A DNA stretch of 64,000 nt from a virus (IMGVR_UViG_3300032294_002710:32001-96000), one strand, 5' to 3'. Positions 10,925-21,425 are shown, counted from the first letter of the stretch. Numbers and translations are program-made. Notes: generated from the sequence alone by a model not told the origin.

Positions 10925-11962
10925 ATGAAAACTTTCTTTCTTGAGTACATTTGGTTGGATGGTAATACTCCTCAAAAACTTAGATCTAAAACAAAAATCG
11001 TAAAGGCTAAAAACGAAGATAAAATTAAATTGTCTAATTGGGGTTTTGATGGATCTTCTACAAATCAGGCCGAGACTTCAAAGTCTGAAATGGTTTTAGT
11101 TCCTGTTAATAAATTTAAAGATCCTTTTCGTGAAAACGGATTTTTAGTTATGTGTGAAGTGTATAATACTGACATGACTCCACATTCTTCTAATAAGAGA
11201 TACCAACTTTCAGAAACTTTAAAAGTTTCTGATGAAAAAACTATGTATGGATTTGAGCAAGAGTATATAATTTATGATAGAGAAACAGATAAACCATTAG
11301 GGTGGCCAAAAGATGGTTATCCTCGTCCTCAGGGGGACTATTATTGTGGTGTTGGTGGTAGTAATGTTTCTGGTAGAAAGTTTGTAGACAGACACGCTGA
11401 TCTTTGTTTAGAGGCTGGTCTCTCTTTTACTGGTATAAATGCTGAGGTTATGTTGGGTCAATGGGAGTATCAAATTGGACCGGTTTATGCCTTAGATGGA
11501 TCAGATCAACTTTGGATATCAAGATGGATTTTAGAAAGAGTTTCTGAAGAGTTTAACTATTTTATAGAGTTTCATCCTAAACCATTTAGAGGAAATGATT
11601 GGAATGGTAGTGGAATGCATGTTAACTTCTCTACTGAGTCTATGAGAGAAGATATGAATAATAAAAAACAATTAGTATTTGATGCTTGTGAAAAACTTGG
11701 AAAGTCAATAGACGATCACATAGATGTTTATGGTATTGATAACGAATTTAGATTAACTGGTGCTAATGAAACATGTTCTATAAGTCAGTTTAAATTTGGA
11801 ATCGGTGATAGAACAGCTTCTATACGAATTCCTTTTTCTATAAATGATGATGAAACACCAGGCTATTTAGAAGATCGAAGACCAGCTTCAAACGCTAATC
11901 CATATGAAATATGTGATGTGATGATTAAGACAATATGTGTTGGTGTTGAGGTTGAAAGTTAA
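10925..11962 (+). CDS. glnII: Glutamine synthetase type II
   Basis: EYIWLDG, LRSKT, FDGSST, NAEVMLGQWEYQIGP, WNGSGMH, GYLEDRRPASN; 345 aa. Confidence 0.95.
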   Translation: MKTFFLEYIWLDGNTPQKLRSKTKIVKAKNEDKIKLSNWGFDGSSTNQAETSKSEMVLVPVNKFKDPFRENGFLVMCEVYNTDMTPHSSNKRYQLSETLKVSDEKTMYGFEQEYIIYDRETDKPLGWPKDGYPRPQGDYYCGVGGSNVSGRKFVDRHADLCLEAGLSFTGINAEVMLGQWEYQIGPVYALDGSDQLWISRWILERVSEEFNYFIEFHPKPFRGNDWNGSGMHVNFSTESMREDMNNKKQLVFDACEKLGKSIDDHIDVYGIDNEFRLTGANETCSISQFKFGIGDRTASIRIPFSINDDETPGYLEDRRPASNANPYEICDVMIKTICVGVEVES

Positions 11963-11966
11963 TATT

Positions 11967-11993
11967 AAGTCCGATATAAATATCGGACTTTTT
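11967..11993 (+). terminator. Intrinsic terminator
   Basis: aagtccgata-taaa-tatcggactt followed by a T tract. Confidence 0.8.
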
Positions 11994-12026
11994 ATTTTAA
12001 TATATAACTAAAACTTATCTGTAAAT

Positions 12027-12374
12027 ATGAGACATTTAAAAAAGTTTGAAGATCTTGACTATAAAGATATACTAGCTCAACAGGCTAAATTTAGAGAAGA
12101 GATTGAAAAATCTCGACTTGAAGAAATAGAAAGAAGAAGACAGGAATTATCTGGAAAGCATTTGTCAAAGCTATCATCAGAGTCTGAGAGAAAGAGTAAG
12201 ATGGAAACAATGATACAAGAACGACAAGAACTTACCCATTTAGTCATTCAAGCTTTAATTTATTCAGAACAGAATAAAGATGGATTTGATAATTTTAAAA
12301 ATGATTTAAAAGAACTATTGGATAAATATCCATTAGATAAGCTTCCTAGAAGTGGGTCATCAATTTATAGATAA
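12027..12374 (+). CDS. Hypothetical protein with MRHLKKFE N-terminus (putative internal head protein)
   Basis: Shared N-terminal motif; TAATATATA at 11998. Confidence 0.55.
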   Translation: MRHLKKFEDLDYKDILAQQAKFREEIEKSRLEEIERRRQELSGKHLSKLSSESERKSKMETMIQERQELTHLVIQALIYSEQNKDGFDNFKNDLKELLDKYPLDKLPRSGSSIYR

Positions 12375-12427
12375 ATTTAGGGAAAAGGTATAGTTAAATA
12401 TATACCTTTAAAATTTTTAAAAATTTA

Positions 12428-14137
12428 ATGGCATCAACTTATAATCCTCTTGGGCAAAATACAACTCAGTTTAACAGCGCTATTGAAAATCGAGGACTTT
12501 TTAGTAGAATTTTAAGAAACTTATCATCATGGGGTATGAACTATGATGATATGATTATGAGAAACCAAGTCGGTGTTGGTATAAACGAAGATCCTTATAC
12601 TATACAAGGTAACTCAATGTATGACTTCTTTAGTAGAAGAGCTGTTGCCTCTGTTTTAAATAGAAAGTCAATTCCTTATTTAGATAGATCTTATGCTGAT
12701 AAAAGAAGAATTTTAAGAGAATATTCTATAAAGGATGAAATAAGAGATTTCGTATCAACAGTTTGTGATGAATGTGTTATTTACTCTGATAAAGATTTTT
12801 GCAGACCTAAAAACTTATCTAATGACTATACACAAGATGTTACGGATAAATATCAGGAATTCTTTGAGAAAATTTATAATAGATACGGTTTTTCAGATTC
12901 TGTTACCGCTTGGAACTTCATGAAAGATTTCTTGATTGATGGATATTTGGCAATGGAGATAGTTTGGGATGATAAAAAAAAGAATATTATACACTTTAAT
13001 AGATTAAGACCTGAGACTTTGGTTCCAGCTTTTGAACCATCTATAGGTAATATTTGGATTCAGTACCCGGAAGATCCACAATTAAGAAGAATATTTCTTG
13101 ATTCACAAATTATTTTTATTTCTTACTCTACTCAAAATGACTATTCTGAAACTTCATATGTGGAGGGCTTGATAAAACCATATAATCAGTTGAAGATAAT
13201 TGAGCAGACTAAAATTATGTTTAACATAATAAATGCCACTGTTTATCAAAAATTTACTATACCTGTTAAAGGTTTATCTAGACAAAAGGCTGAGGAGCAA
13301 ATAGGTCAATTAATAAATGATTACTCAGAGGAAGTTGAGTGGGATGACTCGTTAGGTACACTTCAAATAAATGGTACTAAACACCTACCATATAATAAAC
13401 AAATTTGGTTTCCAGAGGGTGATGCGGGTACTCCAAATATGGAGTTAGTCTCACCACAAGGACATAACCTAAATGAAGACGATATATTAAAGTGGTTTTA
13501 TAATATTTTAAAAAGAGCTTCAAAAATTCCAGTTCAAAGATTTGAAGGTGATAATGGTGGTGGTAATGTATTTACCGATGCTGCTGAGATGACAAGAGAT
13601 GAGGCTAAGTTTAGTAATTTTATTGGTAGATTAAGAGCGAATTTCAAAGAATTACTTGTTAAACCATTGAAATTGCAAATGTTGGTGGAATTTCCAGAAT
13701 TTAAAGATGATGAGGTTATTTTAAATCAAATTGATGTTGATTTTATTTCAAATCAATTGTTTGAGGAGTGGAAAAAATTAGGAAATATGTCTAAGAAAAT
13801 TGAAATACTTGGTAGTTATACTGGAATTCAGAAGGCTGATGGTACACCTTATTTCCACATAGAATATTTAATAGATCACGTGTTGAAATTATCATCTGAA
13901 GAAAAAGAGGAAAATAAAAGATACTGGGTTAAAGATGCTGCAGGAGCTGGATCTTCAGAGGCAACTCCTGGTGAGGCTGGTGCTGGTGAGGCTGGTGCTG
14001 AATTCGGTGGAGAAGAGGCCGGTGGCGCTCAAGCTACTCCTGAGACCCCTGAAGCTCCCGCTCCTGAGACAGGTGGTGGAGAAGCTGGTGGTGAGGCAGG
14101 TGGTGGAGAAGCTGGTGGTGGAGAATTTGAATTCTAA
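12428..14137 (+). CDS. gp20: Portal protein, gp20-like, with Gly/Glu-rich C-terminal tail
   Basis: FLIDG, KPYNQLKIIE, IWFP and EMTRDEAKFSNFIGRLR; lies upstream of protease and capsid genes. Confidence 0.92.
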   Translation: MASTYNPLGQNTTQFNSAIENRGLFSRILRNLSSWGMNYDDMIMRNQVGVGINEDPYTIQGNSMYDFFSRRAVASVLNRKSIPYLDRSYADKRRILREYSIKDEIRDFVSTVCDECVIYSDKDFCRPKNLSNDYTQDVTDKYQEFFEKIYNRYGFSDSVTAWNFMKDFLIDGYLAMEIVWDDKKKNIIHFNRLRPETLVPAFEPSIGNIWIQYPEDPQLRRIFLDSQIIFISYSTQNDYSETSYVEGLIKPYNQLKIIEQTKIMFNIINATVYQKFTIPVKGLSRQKAEEQIGQLINDYSEEVEWDDSLGTLQINGTKHLPYNKQIWFPEGDAGTPNMELVSPQGHNLNEDDILKWFYNILKRASKIPVQRFEGDNGGGNVFTDAAEMTRDEAKFSNFIGRLRANFKELLVKPLKLQMLVEFPEFKDDEVILNQIDVDFISNQLFEEWKKLGNMSKKIEILGSYTGIQKADGTPYFHIEYLIDHVLKLSSEEKEENKRYWVKDAAGAGSSEATPGEAGAGEAGAEFGGEEAGGAQATPETPEAPAPETGGGEAGGEAGGGEAGGGEFEF

Positions 14138-14577
14138 GCAGCTTCATTATATTCATAATACGCGTAGAATCCAATTATGAATTTTTGTTTTACCTTTACT
14201 CCCATTATTATTGGATTTATTTGTAAATCTATTCCAGAATTAATTAAACTTTTTAATAGTTTACCATTTGGTGTTTCTAATATCTCAATATTGAGTATTA
14301 TCTCATTTACTTCTAAATGACTATCAATAATAAATGATATTTCATTTATTCTAAAGGCCACATTTTTAAGATTAGTTGTTGATGAAAATATTTCAGAAAT
14401 TCCTAATTCGCACAAGAGTGGTGGATTAATTTCAGTTATATCAAACTGACATTTTTTACCTAAAATAGAGTTTATTTTTATTTCTCTGTATATTGATTTA
14501 TAGTCTCTATACTTTTCAAGTAAATATTTAAAACATTCAAGATTATATCTTTCCTTTAGATTAACATTAGTTATCAT
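14134..14577 (-). CDS. Degenerate prohead-protease-like protein, probably inactive
   Basis: LCELGI...NLKNVAF...IEILETPNGKLLKSLINSG aligns by eye with gp21 YGEFDH...SLARASH...IRLLNTHWGKEAQALVNDG. Confidence 0.6.
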   Translation of the reverse strand: MITNVNLKERYNLECFKYLLEKYRDYKSIYREIKINSILGKKCQFDITEINPPLLCELGISEIFSSTTNLKNVAFRINEISFIIDSHLEVNEIILNIEILETPNGKLLKSLINSGIDLQINPIIMGVKVKQKFIIGFYAYYEYNEAA

Positions 14578-14935
14578 TTTGTGACTTTTTCTTTTCAGAA
14601 ATTGTTAGTTTCATTTTCTTGAAAAGTTTTTTATTCTGAATTGGATATTCTACTCCATAGTTTTTCTGAAGTGTCTCTTTTCTTTTCGATTCTGAGCACT
14701 TTCTACAGTAGTAGATGCCCCAGATATTTCCATACTTAATATAATTCTTGTAGATTACATCTTTTTTAATTCCACATCCGTCACATTCACAGAGTATTTT
14801 ATAGTGAGATCCTTTTGATAGCAATTCTGTTGGTATTATTAAATCATCTCCAATAGAAATATCATATCCTAAATTTTCAAAATATGAAAAATTAGACTCA
14901 TTGATTTTGATTTTAATTTCTCTAGTTATGATCAT
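14567..14935 (-). CDS. Zn-ribbon protein resembling the DNA-binding part of phage homing endonucleases
   Basis: CECDGCG and CRKC, plus KETLQKNYGVEYP motif; no nuclease domain seen. Confidence 0.55.
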   Translation of the reverse strand: MIITREIKIKINESNFSYFENLGYDISIGDDLIIPTELLSKGSHYKILCECDGCGIKKDVIYKNYIKYGNIWGIYYCRKCSESKRKETLQKNYGVEYPIQNKKLFKKMKLTISEKKKSQNDN

Positions 14936-15088
14936 AAAAAACCGTTAATTTTTAATGTATATATCTATTTTATCATGTCTCTGTGAGATTTTATAGATTA
15001 AAGTTTTTCTAAATCCTATAAAAAATCCACCTTTAATTTTTTTTGGTTTTTTAATACCCATATATAACTAAAATTAACGTTAAATTTC

Positions 15089-17275
15089 ATGAAATCTATT
15101 CTTATTGTTGAAAATTCAACAAACTCTCTCTCAAAGATTAACGAGAGCAATAATAAGTCCCAAAATATTTTAGGTGGTATTTTCACAGAATTCGATATTA
15201 AAAATCGTAATGAGAGAATTTATACTGCTGATAAATTTCTTCCTTGTTTAGAGGAAATGAATGAAAGGATTACAAACATGGGTTCTGTTTATGGTGAGTT
15301 TGATCATCCAGATGTATTTGATACATCTTTGGCTAGAGCATCACACTTAGTTACAAAAGCGGAATTCGTTAAAGAAAATAATAGAGTCGAAGGTGAAATT
15401 AGATTACTCAACACTCATTGGGGTAAAGAAGCTCAAGCATTGGTTAACGATGGTTGTCCAGTTTTTGTTTCTTCACGCGCTGCTGGTATTACAGAGTCAG
15501 ACGGTACTGTTACATTGAAAAAGTTATTTACTTATGATATTGTGGCTGACCCTGGTTTTGCATCAGCAAAAATGAATGTTAAGACACTTAATGAATCGTT
15601 CGGCTTCTCTAATAAAGCTAACTTTAGGATATATGAAATGTCCGATGAGTCAAAAATAAATGATTTATTTAATATGAACACTAATGATTTAGTTACTAAA
15701 GAACAGTTAACTGATTATTCTAAATATCTTATTAATGAGTTGGCTTCTACTAAGAAAGAAGTTCGTGACGCAATTAAGAAAGGTAATCTTAACCCAAAGA
15801 AATTAGAACAGTTACTTGAGTACTATGAAAACTTAAACGAGACAAATTCTCAAATTGTTAAGTACTTAGACTATTTGGCTGAAAAAGTTCAAGTTGTTGT
15901 TAATGAGAACACAAGTCTTAAAACAACTGCTGAAAAACTTATCAAGCACAATGATTATTTGGCAGAAAACCTTGAAAAGGCAATAAATTACACTGAGTAT
16001 GTTGCTGAAAATCTTGATAAGAATATTGAGTATTCAGAATACTTAGCAGAAAATCTTGACAAGAACATCTCTTACTCAGAATACATCGCTGAAAATCTTG
16101 ATAAGAACATTTCTTATTCTGAATATTTGGCTGAAAATCTTGATAAGAATATAGCTTATTCTGAATATTTGGCTGAAAATCTTGATAAGAACATTGCATA
16201 CGCAGAATACATCGCTGAAAATCTTGATAAGAACATTTCTTATTCAGAATATTTAGCAGAACATCTTGATAATTCTATCGCTTACTCAGAATATTTGGCT
16301 GAGCATGTTGAGGGAAATATCGCATACTCAGAGTACATCGCAGAAAATCTTGATGATAACATTGCATACTCTGAATATATTGCAGAAAACCTTGATAAGT
16401 CAATCTCTTATCAAAGTTTGATTGTTGAAAAATTAAATGGTGGTAAGTTATTTGAAAGTAACGAAGAAGAAGATAGATTACCATCTTTAAATGTCGTTGG
16501 TATTGATTCATACGAAGAAGAGGCCGATGATAAATATGAAGAGGAAGAAGAAAATGCATGGAATGATAACTCAGAAGCTCCTTCTGCTGAAGAAACTCCA
16601 GGCGTATCTGAATCTAATGAGGCTGAAGAAACATCTTCTGAAGCTGATGAGGCTGAAGAAACATCTTCTGAAGCTGATGAAATGTCATCTGAATCTGAGG
16701 AAACACCTTCTGAATCTGATGAATATAATGAGTCACCTGCTTATGAAGGTAACTCTGATACTGAATTATCTAAATCTATTGATAAATTGATCGAAGAAGC
16801 TAAAAAACGTAAAGCTATTGAAACATCCGATCTACACTTTTTAAAATTCTTAAACAAATCTCAGGTTGATAGTTACTACTCTTTAACTAATGAAGAGCAG
16901 GAAGCTGTTACACTTTACATAAGCGAAAAAAGTTTCTTTACACAACAAGATGTGTTGAGATTAATCTCTGAGGCTTTGACATCTAAGAATGAAACTCTTG
17001 AAGAAAGAGTAATCAGATTGATGCCTGAAAACATCAAGCCAATCTGGAATCAATTAAATGAGAGTGCTAGAAAATCCATTTTATCTCAAGCTAGATTATA
17101 TCCAGCTGAGGTTATGTCAACTGATTCACAAGTTGAACATTTCTGGATGACTAGAAATCTCAAGAAAAATGAATCTGTTACTAAGAAATTAGTTTCACAT
17201 GAGAGTATGATTCAAGAAGATAAAATATCTGAAAAGGAATTGAATGCAATCATGGAAAGATTTAAAAACCTTTAA
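15089..17275 (+). CDS. gp21: Prohead protease (gp21-like) fused to a scaffold/core region
   Basis: KNRNERIY, GEFDHP, VSSRAAG and YDIVADPG, followed by coiled-coil repeats and an acidic region. Confidence 0.88.
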   Translation: MKSILIVENSTNSLSKINESNNKSQNILGGIFTEFDIKNRNERIYTADKFLPCLEEMNERITNMGSVYGEFDHPDVFDTSLARASHLVTKAEFVKENNRVEGEIRLLNTHWGKEAQALVNDGCPVFVSSRAAGITESDGTVTLKKLFTYDIVADPGFASAKMNVKTLNESFGFSNKANFRIYEMSDESKINDLFNMNTNDLVTKEQLTDYSKYLINELASTKKEVRDAIKKGNLNPKKLEQLLEYYENLNETNSQIVKYLDYLAEKVQVVVNENTSLKTTAEKLIKHNDYLAENLEKAINYTEYVAENLDKNIEYSEYLAENLDKNISYSEYIAENLDKNISYSEYLAENLDKNIAYSEYLAENLDKNIAYAEYIAENLDKNISYSEYLAEHLDNSIAYSEYLAEHVEGNIAYSEYIAENLDDNIAYSEYIAENLDKSISYQSLIVEKLNGGKLFESNEEEDRLPSLNVVGIDSYEEEADDKYEEEEENAWNDNSEAPSAEETPGVSESNEAEETSSEADEAEETSSEADEMSSESEETPSESDEYNESPAYEGNSDTELSKSIDKLIEEAKKRKAIETSDLHFLKFLNKSQVDSYYSLTNEEQEAVTLYISEKSFFTQQDVLRLISEALTSKNETLEERVIRLMPENIKPIWNQLNESARKSILSQARLYPAEVMSTDSQVEHFWMTRNLKKNESVTKKLVSHESMIQEDKISEKELNAIMERFKNL
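15962..16423 (+). repeat. 11 tandem 42-nt (14-aa) coding repeats, consensus AENLDKNISYSEY(L/I)
   Basis: Counted in the translation; DNA unit approximately gctgaaaatcttgataagaacatttcttattcagaatatttg. Confidence 0.95.
16619..16678 (+). repeat. 30-nt tandem duplication (EAEETSSEAD x2)
   Basis: gaggctgaagaaacatcttctgaagctgat occurs twice. Confidence 0.9.
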
Positions 17276-17314
17276 TCTCAGGTAGAAAGAGATAAAAATT
17301 AAAAAGAAAAAATT

Positions 17315-19045
17315 ATGTCACACATTAGAATAGACAAACAAAAAGCAGTCAAGAAGTGGTCTCCAGTTCTTGAAAACATGGGTGTTACTGGTGATAGAGT
17401 AGAATGGATGTCAGAATATGCTGAGTTCCACTCAATTAACGAGAACGCTTATGCTAACACAGCTATCGCTGGTATGGGAGCTGTTTTAAATCCAGTTATT
17501 GGTGCTAACACACCAGCTGGTGCTTTGACTACAGGTCAAGGTTTCGCTGGAGTTGCTGGTTCTGGAGATTTAGGTCAAAACCTTCTTCCAGTAGCTATGA
17601 AAATTGCAGCTCAAACAATAGGTCTTGACCTTGTTGCTGTTAAACCTTCTCCAGGTCCAAAAATCGATTTACTTTATATTGACTTTCAGTACGATGATAC
17701 TGATTTGACTTTTAACGGTAGACCACAAGTTTTCAAAGTTACTGCACTTAACGGTACTGCATGGTCAGCAGCTAACACTGCAACTGTAACAGCAGCTTTA
17801 TCAGCAGCTACTACATTGACTTCAGGTGGTCTTAGAGGTGGTAGATTATTCTGTACTGGCTCAACAACTGCTGGTGCTACTGGTGCTTTCACTACAACTG
17901 TACCAAGTGATAACGCTTCTAAAGCAGGTGTTCTTGAATTCTTAGGTTTCTCTCGTGTAGATGGTTACCCAATGTTCAGAGCATGGAGACAATCAAACTC
18001 TCAATCAACAGGTGGTGTTTTCAACTCATTACATGCTGGTTACCCATACACTTTTGACCAAACTCAAAACACATTTGGACCAACTGGTTCAATCGTTTCT
18101 CAATTGAACTTCATTGGTACAATCGTTGCATCAGCTTCTTCAGTTGATTTAGTATCAGCTCTTGAAGATCACCTTCCAGGTTTCTCAACTAACTGGACTT
18201 CTTCATCTGCTTCAGGTGATTATCCAATGAGTCGTCAAACTGATGATAATACTTATGCTGGTATTATCGGACCAAAAGTTTCTTCTAAAACTGTAGCTGT
18301 AGGTACTATTGAAGTATCAACTGCTCTTAGAAGAACAGAAATTGAAGATATCAAGGCTAACACAGGTATGGATATCGTTCAAAAGATGGAATCTATCCTT
18401 GTTAACGAATTGTCTCAGACAATCTCTAGACAAATTGTTGATAGAATCTTCTCATTAGGTACTGCTAACAGAAACACTTCTCCATTATCTTATGGTTGTG
18501 CTACTATCCAAGCTACTGCTTCTACAATCTTCGACCTTAACACAGTTTACGCTGGTTCAAGTATCGTTGGTGGTGAAACTACTCACGCTGTTCAACGTAA
18601 GTTGATCACTAAGATGGTTCACGCTTCTAACTACATTGCAACTGAAGGTCGTGTTGGTCCAGCTCAATTCGCTGTAACTAACGGAGGTCTTGCAGCAGCT
18701 CTTATGGATATCGCTGGTTATACAATTAACCCAGTTAAATCTAAGATTACTGGTCAAGGTCAATTATACCCAGTTGGTCAAATCGGTGATATTTCTATCT
18801 ATGTTGATCCTTATATGAAGTATAACGACAACAGAATCGTTCTTGGTAGAAAGAATAACCCAGATCAACCAGGTCTTATCTTCATTCCTTACTTGATGGC
18901 TCAGTCTATCAGTGTAATTTCTGAAGCGACTTTCGCACCAAGAATGTTGTTACGTTCAAGATACGCAATTGCAGATGTTGGATTCTTCCCAGAAAAACAA
19001 TATATGACAATTGTTGTTACAGACATTAACCAATTATTGAACTAA
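17315..19045 (+). CDS. gp23: Major capsid protein, gp23-like
   Basis: KKWSPVLE, AQTIGLDLVAVKP, IYVDPY, PGLIFIPY, FAPRMLLRSRYA; strong codon bias. Confidence 0.95.
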   Translation: MSHIRIDKQKAVKKWSPVLENMGVTGDRVEWMSEYAEFHSINENAYANTAIAGMGAVLNPVIGANTPAGALTTGQGFAGVAGSGDLGQNLLPVAMKIAAQTIGLDLVAVKPSPGPKIDLLYIDFQYDDTDLTFNGRPQVFKVTALNGTAWSAANTATVTAALSAATTLTSGGLRGGRLFCTGSTTAGATGAFTTTVPSDNASKAGVLEFLGFSRVDGYPMFRAWRQSNSQSTGGVFNSLHAGYPYTFDQTQNTFGPTGSIVSQLNFIGTIVASASSVDLVSALEDHLPGFSTNWTSSSASGDYPMSRQTDDNTYAGIIGPKVSSKTVAVGTIEVSTALRRTEIEDIKANTGMDIVQKMESILVNELSQTISRQIVDRIFSLGTANRNTSPLSYGCATIQATASTIFDLNTVYAGSSIVGGETTHAVQRKLITKMVHASNYIATEGRVGPAQFAVTNGGLAAALMDIAGYTINPVKSKITGQGQLYPVGQIGDISIYVDPYMKYNDNRIVLGRKNNPDQPGLIFIPYLMAQSISVISEATFAPRMLLRSRYAIADVGFFPEKQYMTIVVTDINQLLN

Positions 19046-19064
19046 TAATTAGTTTCATATTAAC

Positions 19065-19091
19065 AAAAACCCTCCAATTGGAGGGTTTTTT
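19065..19091 (+). terminator. Intrinsic terminator after the major capsid gene
   Basis: aaaaaccctcc-aatt-ggagggtttttt. Confidence 0.9.
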
Positions 19092-19116
19092 GTTTTATAT
19101 AAGTAATATATAACAT

Positions 19117-19512
19117 ATGATAAATAAATACGAGAAGTTTTTAGAATCTAAAAAAGATAAATTTCCTAATATCCAGACAAAAAAATTAGATGATTTTAGT
19201 ATTTTAATAGGTAAAGATGCTGTATCAAATGATTTTTTGACAACTAATATGGCGAATGATGATGACTTGTGGTTTCATGCAGCTGGTGTTCCGGGAAGTC
19301 ATATTGTTATAAAGGTAAGTGATAAGTTACCTATGGAAAAACATATTGAAGAAGTCGCAAAGTTGGCGGCTAAAAACTCGAAAGCACCAAAAGGTGTTAA
19401 AGTTAAGGTAGTCTATTGTAAAGCTAAGTTTGTTAAGAAAAATTCAGATATGAAACCTGGTCAAGTTAGTGTAGATTATAAAAACGCTCAAGAAATAGTT
19501 GTAGAAAATTAA
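19117..19512 (+). CDS. Stand-alone NFACT RNA-binding domain protein (DUF814, RqcH/FbpA C-terminal-like)
   Basis: IGKDAVSNDFLT, DLWFHAAGVPGSHIVIK, LAAKNSK, KPGQV. Confidence 0.88.
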   Translation: MINKYEKFLESKKDKFPNIQTKKLDDFSILIGKDAVSNDFLTTNMANDDDLWFHAAGVPGSHIVIKVSDKLPMEKHIEEVAKLAAKNSKAPKGVKVKVVYCKAKFVKKNSDMKPGQVSVDYKNAQEIVVEN

Positions 19513-19537
19513 TATATAACAAAACGAATTAAATTAT

Positions 19538-20896
19538 ATGGCAGATCCAATTATCTGGTTTAGTGATAAATTACATGATATAATAGATGATATAAATGGT
19601 CCAGTTGCTGAAGCAATGCTTAAGATGTTAGATGGAAACTATTTAACAAAAAATGAATTAAAAATTAAAAAAGTAGATGTTTCTGTTACCGATTGGAATT
19701 TTGATGTTACTGTTGGTAGTGATGGCCAAGTTCCTGTAAAGCAGCGAATGAAAGTTGGTAAGTTTATAAGACATTTCTTTGGTAGTACATTTACCGATAA
19801 ACAGATTTATGACTTTACAATGGCTTATAATAATTTGAAGAAGGGAATTCCTGCTTCTACTCAAACGGCTAAAGTTAGCTATAAAAAGGTAGAAGTTCCA
19901 GAATTTTCATATAATCCAAAAGATGTTAGATCTACATTTTTATCTCTAACAACTAAGACATATCCACACGGACATGAAGAAGAAGTTTTAAAGTTCTTAC
20001 CAAGCCTTGAAAAGGATCAGTTTGGAAATTATTATAAAATAATTGGCAAATCAGAAACAATGTTTACATCACACTTAGATACAGCTGATAGACAACAAAA
20101 AAATGTTAATGTCTATAGTACAATATTAGCAGATGGTGATGAAATGTTCGTTACTGATAATAAATCTATATTGGGTGCAGATGATAAATCAGGTGTATCT
20201 GTTATGTTGTATATGATGGCTCATAATATTCCAGGTGTTTACTACTTCTTTATTGGAGAAGAGAGAGGAGGAATAGGTTCGCATCAGGTTGCTGGTGTTT
20301 TTGAAACAGTTGAACATTTAAAAGGCATGAAGAGATGTGTATCTTTTGATAGAAGAAATTATTTTTCAATAATAACACATCAATTAGGTAGACAATGTTG
20401 TTCAGATCAGTTTGCTCAAGCTTTAGCAAACGAATTGAATAAAGGTGGATTATCCATCGCTTTAGATCCAACAGGTGTTTATACTGACTCCGCTTCTTTT
20501 ATAGATGAGATACCAGAGTGTACGAATATCTCAGTTGGATATTTTTCAGAACATACTGATAGAGAAAGTCAAAACATTTCATATTTAGAAAGATTAGCAA
20601 AATCTTGTCTAAATGTTAAATGGGAAGAACTTCCAACTGTTAAAAAAGTTGGATTTGATGAGGAAATAATGAGAAAGTATAAGCCATTTATTTCAGATTT
20701 TAAATCAACTATATTTAATCTTGAAACAAAGATGGTTAGTGAGTATGGAAGAGCATTTATTAAAATTGATGTTGATGATCCAGATCCTGCTATTGTTTTT
20801 CAAGATTTAAAATCAGTAGAATCATTATTATCTAAGCATAAAATGGATCCAGATATTCAATTTGATGATAATTATATAAAAATAGAACTAAAATAA
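19538..20896 (+). CDS. M20/M28-type zinc peptidase with an N-terminal domain shared with the SC(M/Q)/GRALLW paralog family
   Basis: SHLDT, LGADDKSG, GEERG, SFDRR, TDSA, NISVGY..EHT. Confidence 0.8.
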   Translation: MADPIIWFSDKLHDIIDDINGPVAEAMLKMLDGNYLTKNELKIKKVDVSVTDWNFDVTVGSDGQVPVKQRMKVGKFIRHFFGSTFTDKQIYDFTMAYNNLKKGIPASTQTAKVSYKKVEVPEFSYNPKDVRSTFLSLTTKTYPHGHEEEVLKFLPSLEKDQFGNYYKIIGKSETMFTSHLDTADRQQKNVNVYSTILADGDEMFVTDNKSILGADDKSGVSVMLYMMAHNIPGVYYFFIGEERGGIGSHQVAGVFETVEHLKGMKRCVSFDRRNYFSIITHQLGRQCCSDQFAQALANELNKGGLSIALDPTGVYTDSASFIDEIPECTNISVGYFSEHTDRESQNISYLERLAKSCLNVKWEELPTVKKVGFDEEIMRKYKPFISDFKSTIFNLETKMVSEYGRAFIKIDVDDPDPAIVFQDLKSVESLLSKHKMDPDIQFDDNYIKIELK

Positions 20897-21363
20897 TGAT
20901 AAAGAATGTTAAATTACAAAATATAATTCTTGAAACAAACAGAACTTTTCAAGACGGATATGAAGACGACTATGAGGATGACTATTTTGATCAGTATGGT
21001 AAAGAAGACTTTATTGATGATGATGAGATATCTGAAGAGGAAGAAGAGGATAATCTTGGTTATCTTATAAGAACATTTTTAAGTGCTAGAGGAATTCGTT
21101 CCTATGTTGAAACTGATGGTAAGGATGTTATTATATATGTTTATTTAAATAAAAAAGAGAAAATAAAAAATCTAACTAAAATTTTTGACGTTGTAGTTAA
21201 TAATATGAAGGTACAAATGTTTGAAGATTATGATTTAGAAACTGAGTTGTATGAAACAAAAGAAGGTGAGCATATATTCTCTTTTACTTTCTATGCTGAT
21301 GGAAGTATAGATAAAGATGATTATTCGGATCAAGAAGATTTTACTTCAAGGATACCTTTTTAA
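20896..21363 (+). CDS. Acidic hypothetical protein
   Basis: 155-aa ORF overlapping the upstream stop codon. Confidence 0.6.
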   Translation: MIKNVKLQNIILETNRTFQDGYEDDYEDDYFDQYGKEDFIDDDEISEEEEEDNLGYLIRTFLSARGIRSYVETDGKDVIIYVYLNKKEKIKNLTKIFDVVVNNMKVQMFEDYDLETELYETKEGEHIFSFTFYADGSIDKDDYSDQEDFTSRIPF

Positions 21364-21380
21364 AAATAGAAAATAAACTA

Positions 21381-21412
21381 TTTGGTGGTTTAATATATAA
21401 TGTGTATATTTG
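21381..21412 (+). promoter_or_regulatory. Overlapping Bacteroidota-type promoter (TTTG...TATATTTG) and phage late motif TAATATATA upstream of the tmRNA
   Basis: TTTG at 21381, TAATATATA at 21391-21399, TATATTTG at 21405-21412. Confidence 0.65.
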
Positions 21413-21425
21413 TTAAATCTTATTC

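Noticed and set aside
13935-14180. Alternative-frame ORF at the portal 3' end
   Set aside because: By-product of the Gly/Glu/Ala low-complexity tail.
15962-16423. CRISPR array
   Set aside because: The repeats are in-frame 42-nt coding units with synonymous variation and no unique spacers.
15942-16790. Short overlapping ORFs within the protease-scaffold gene
   Set aside because: Produced by repeats that lack stops in other frames.
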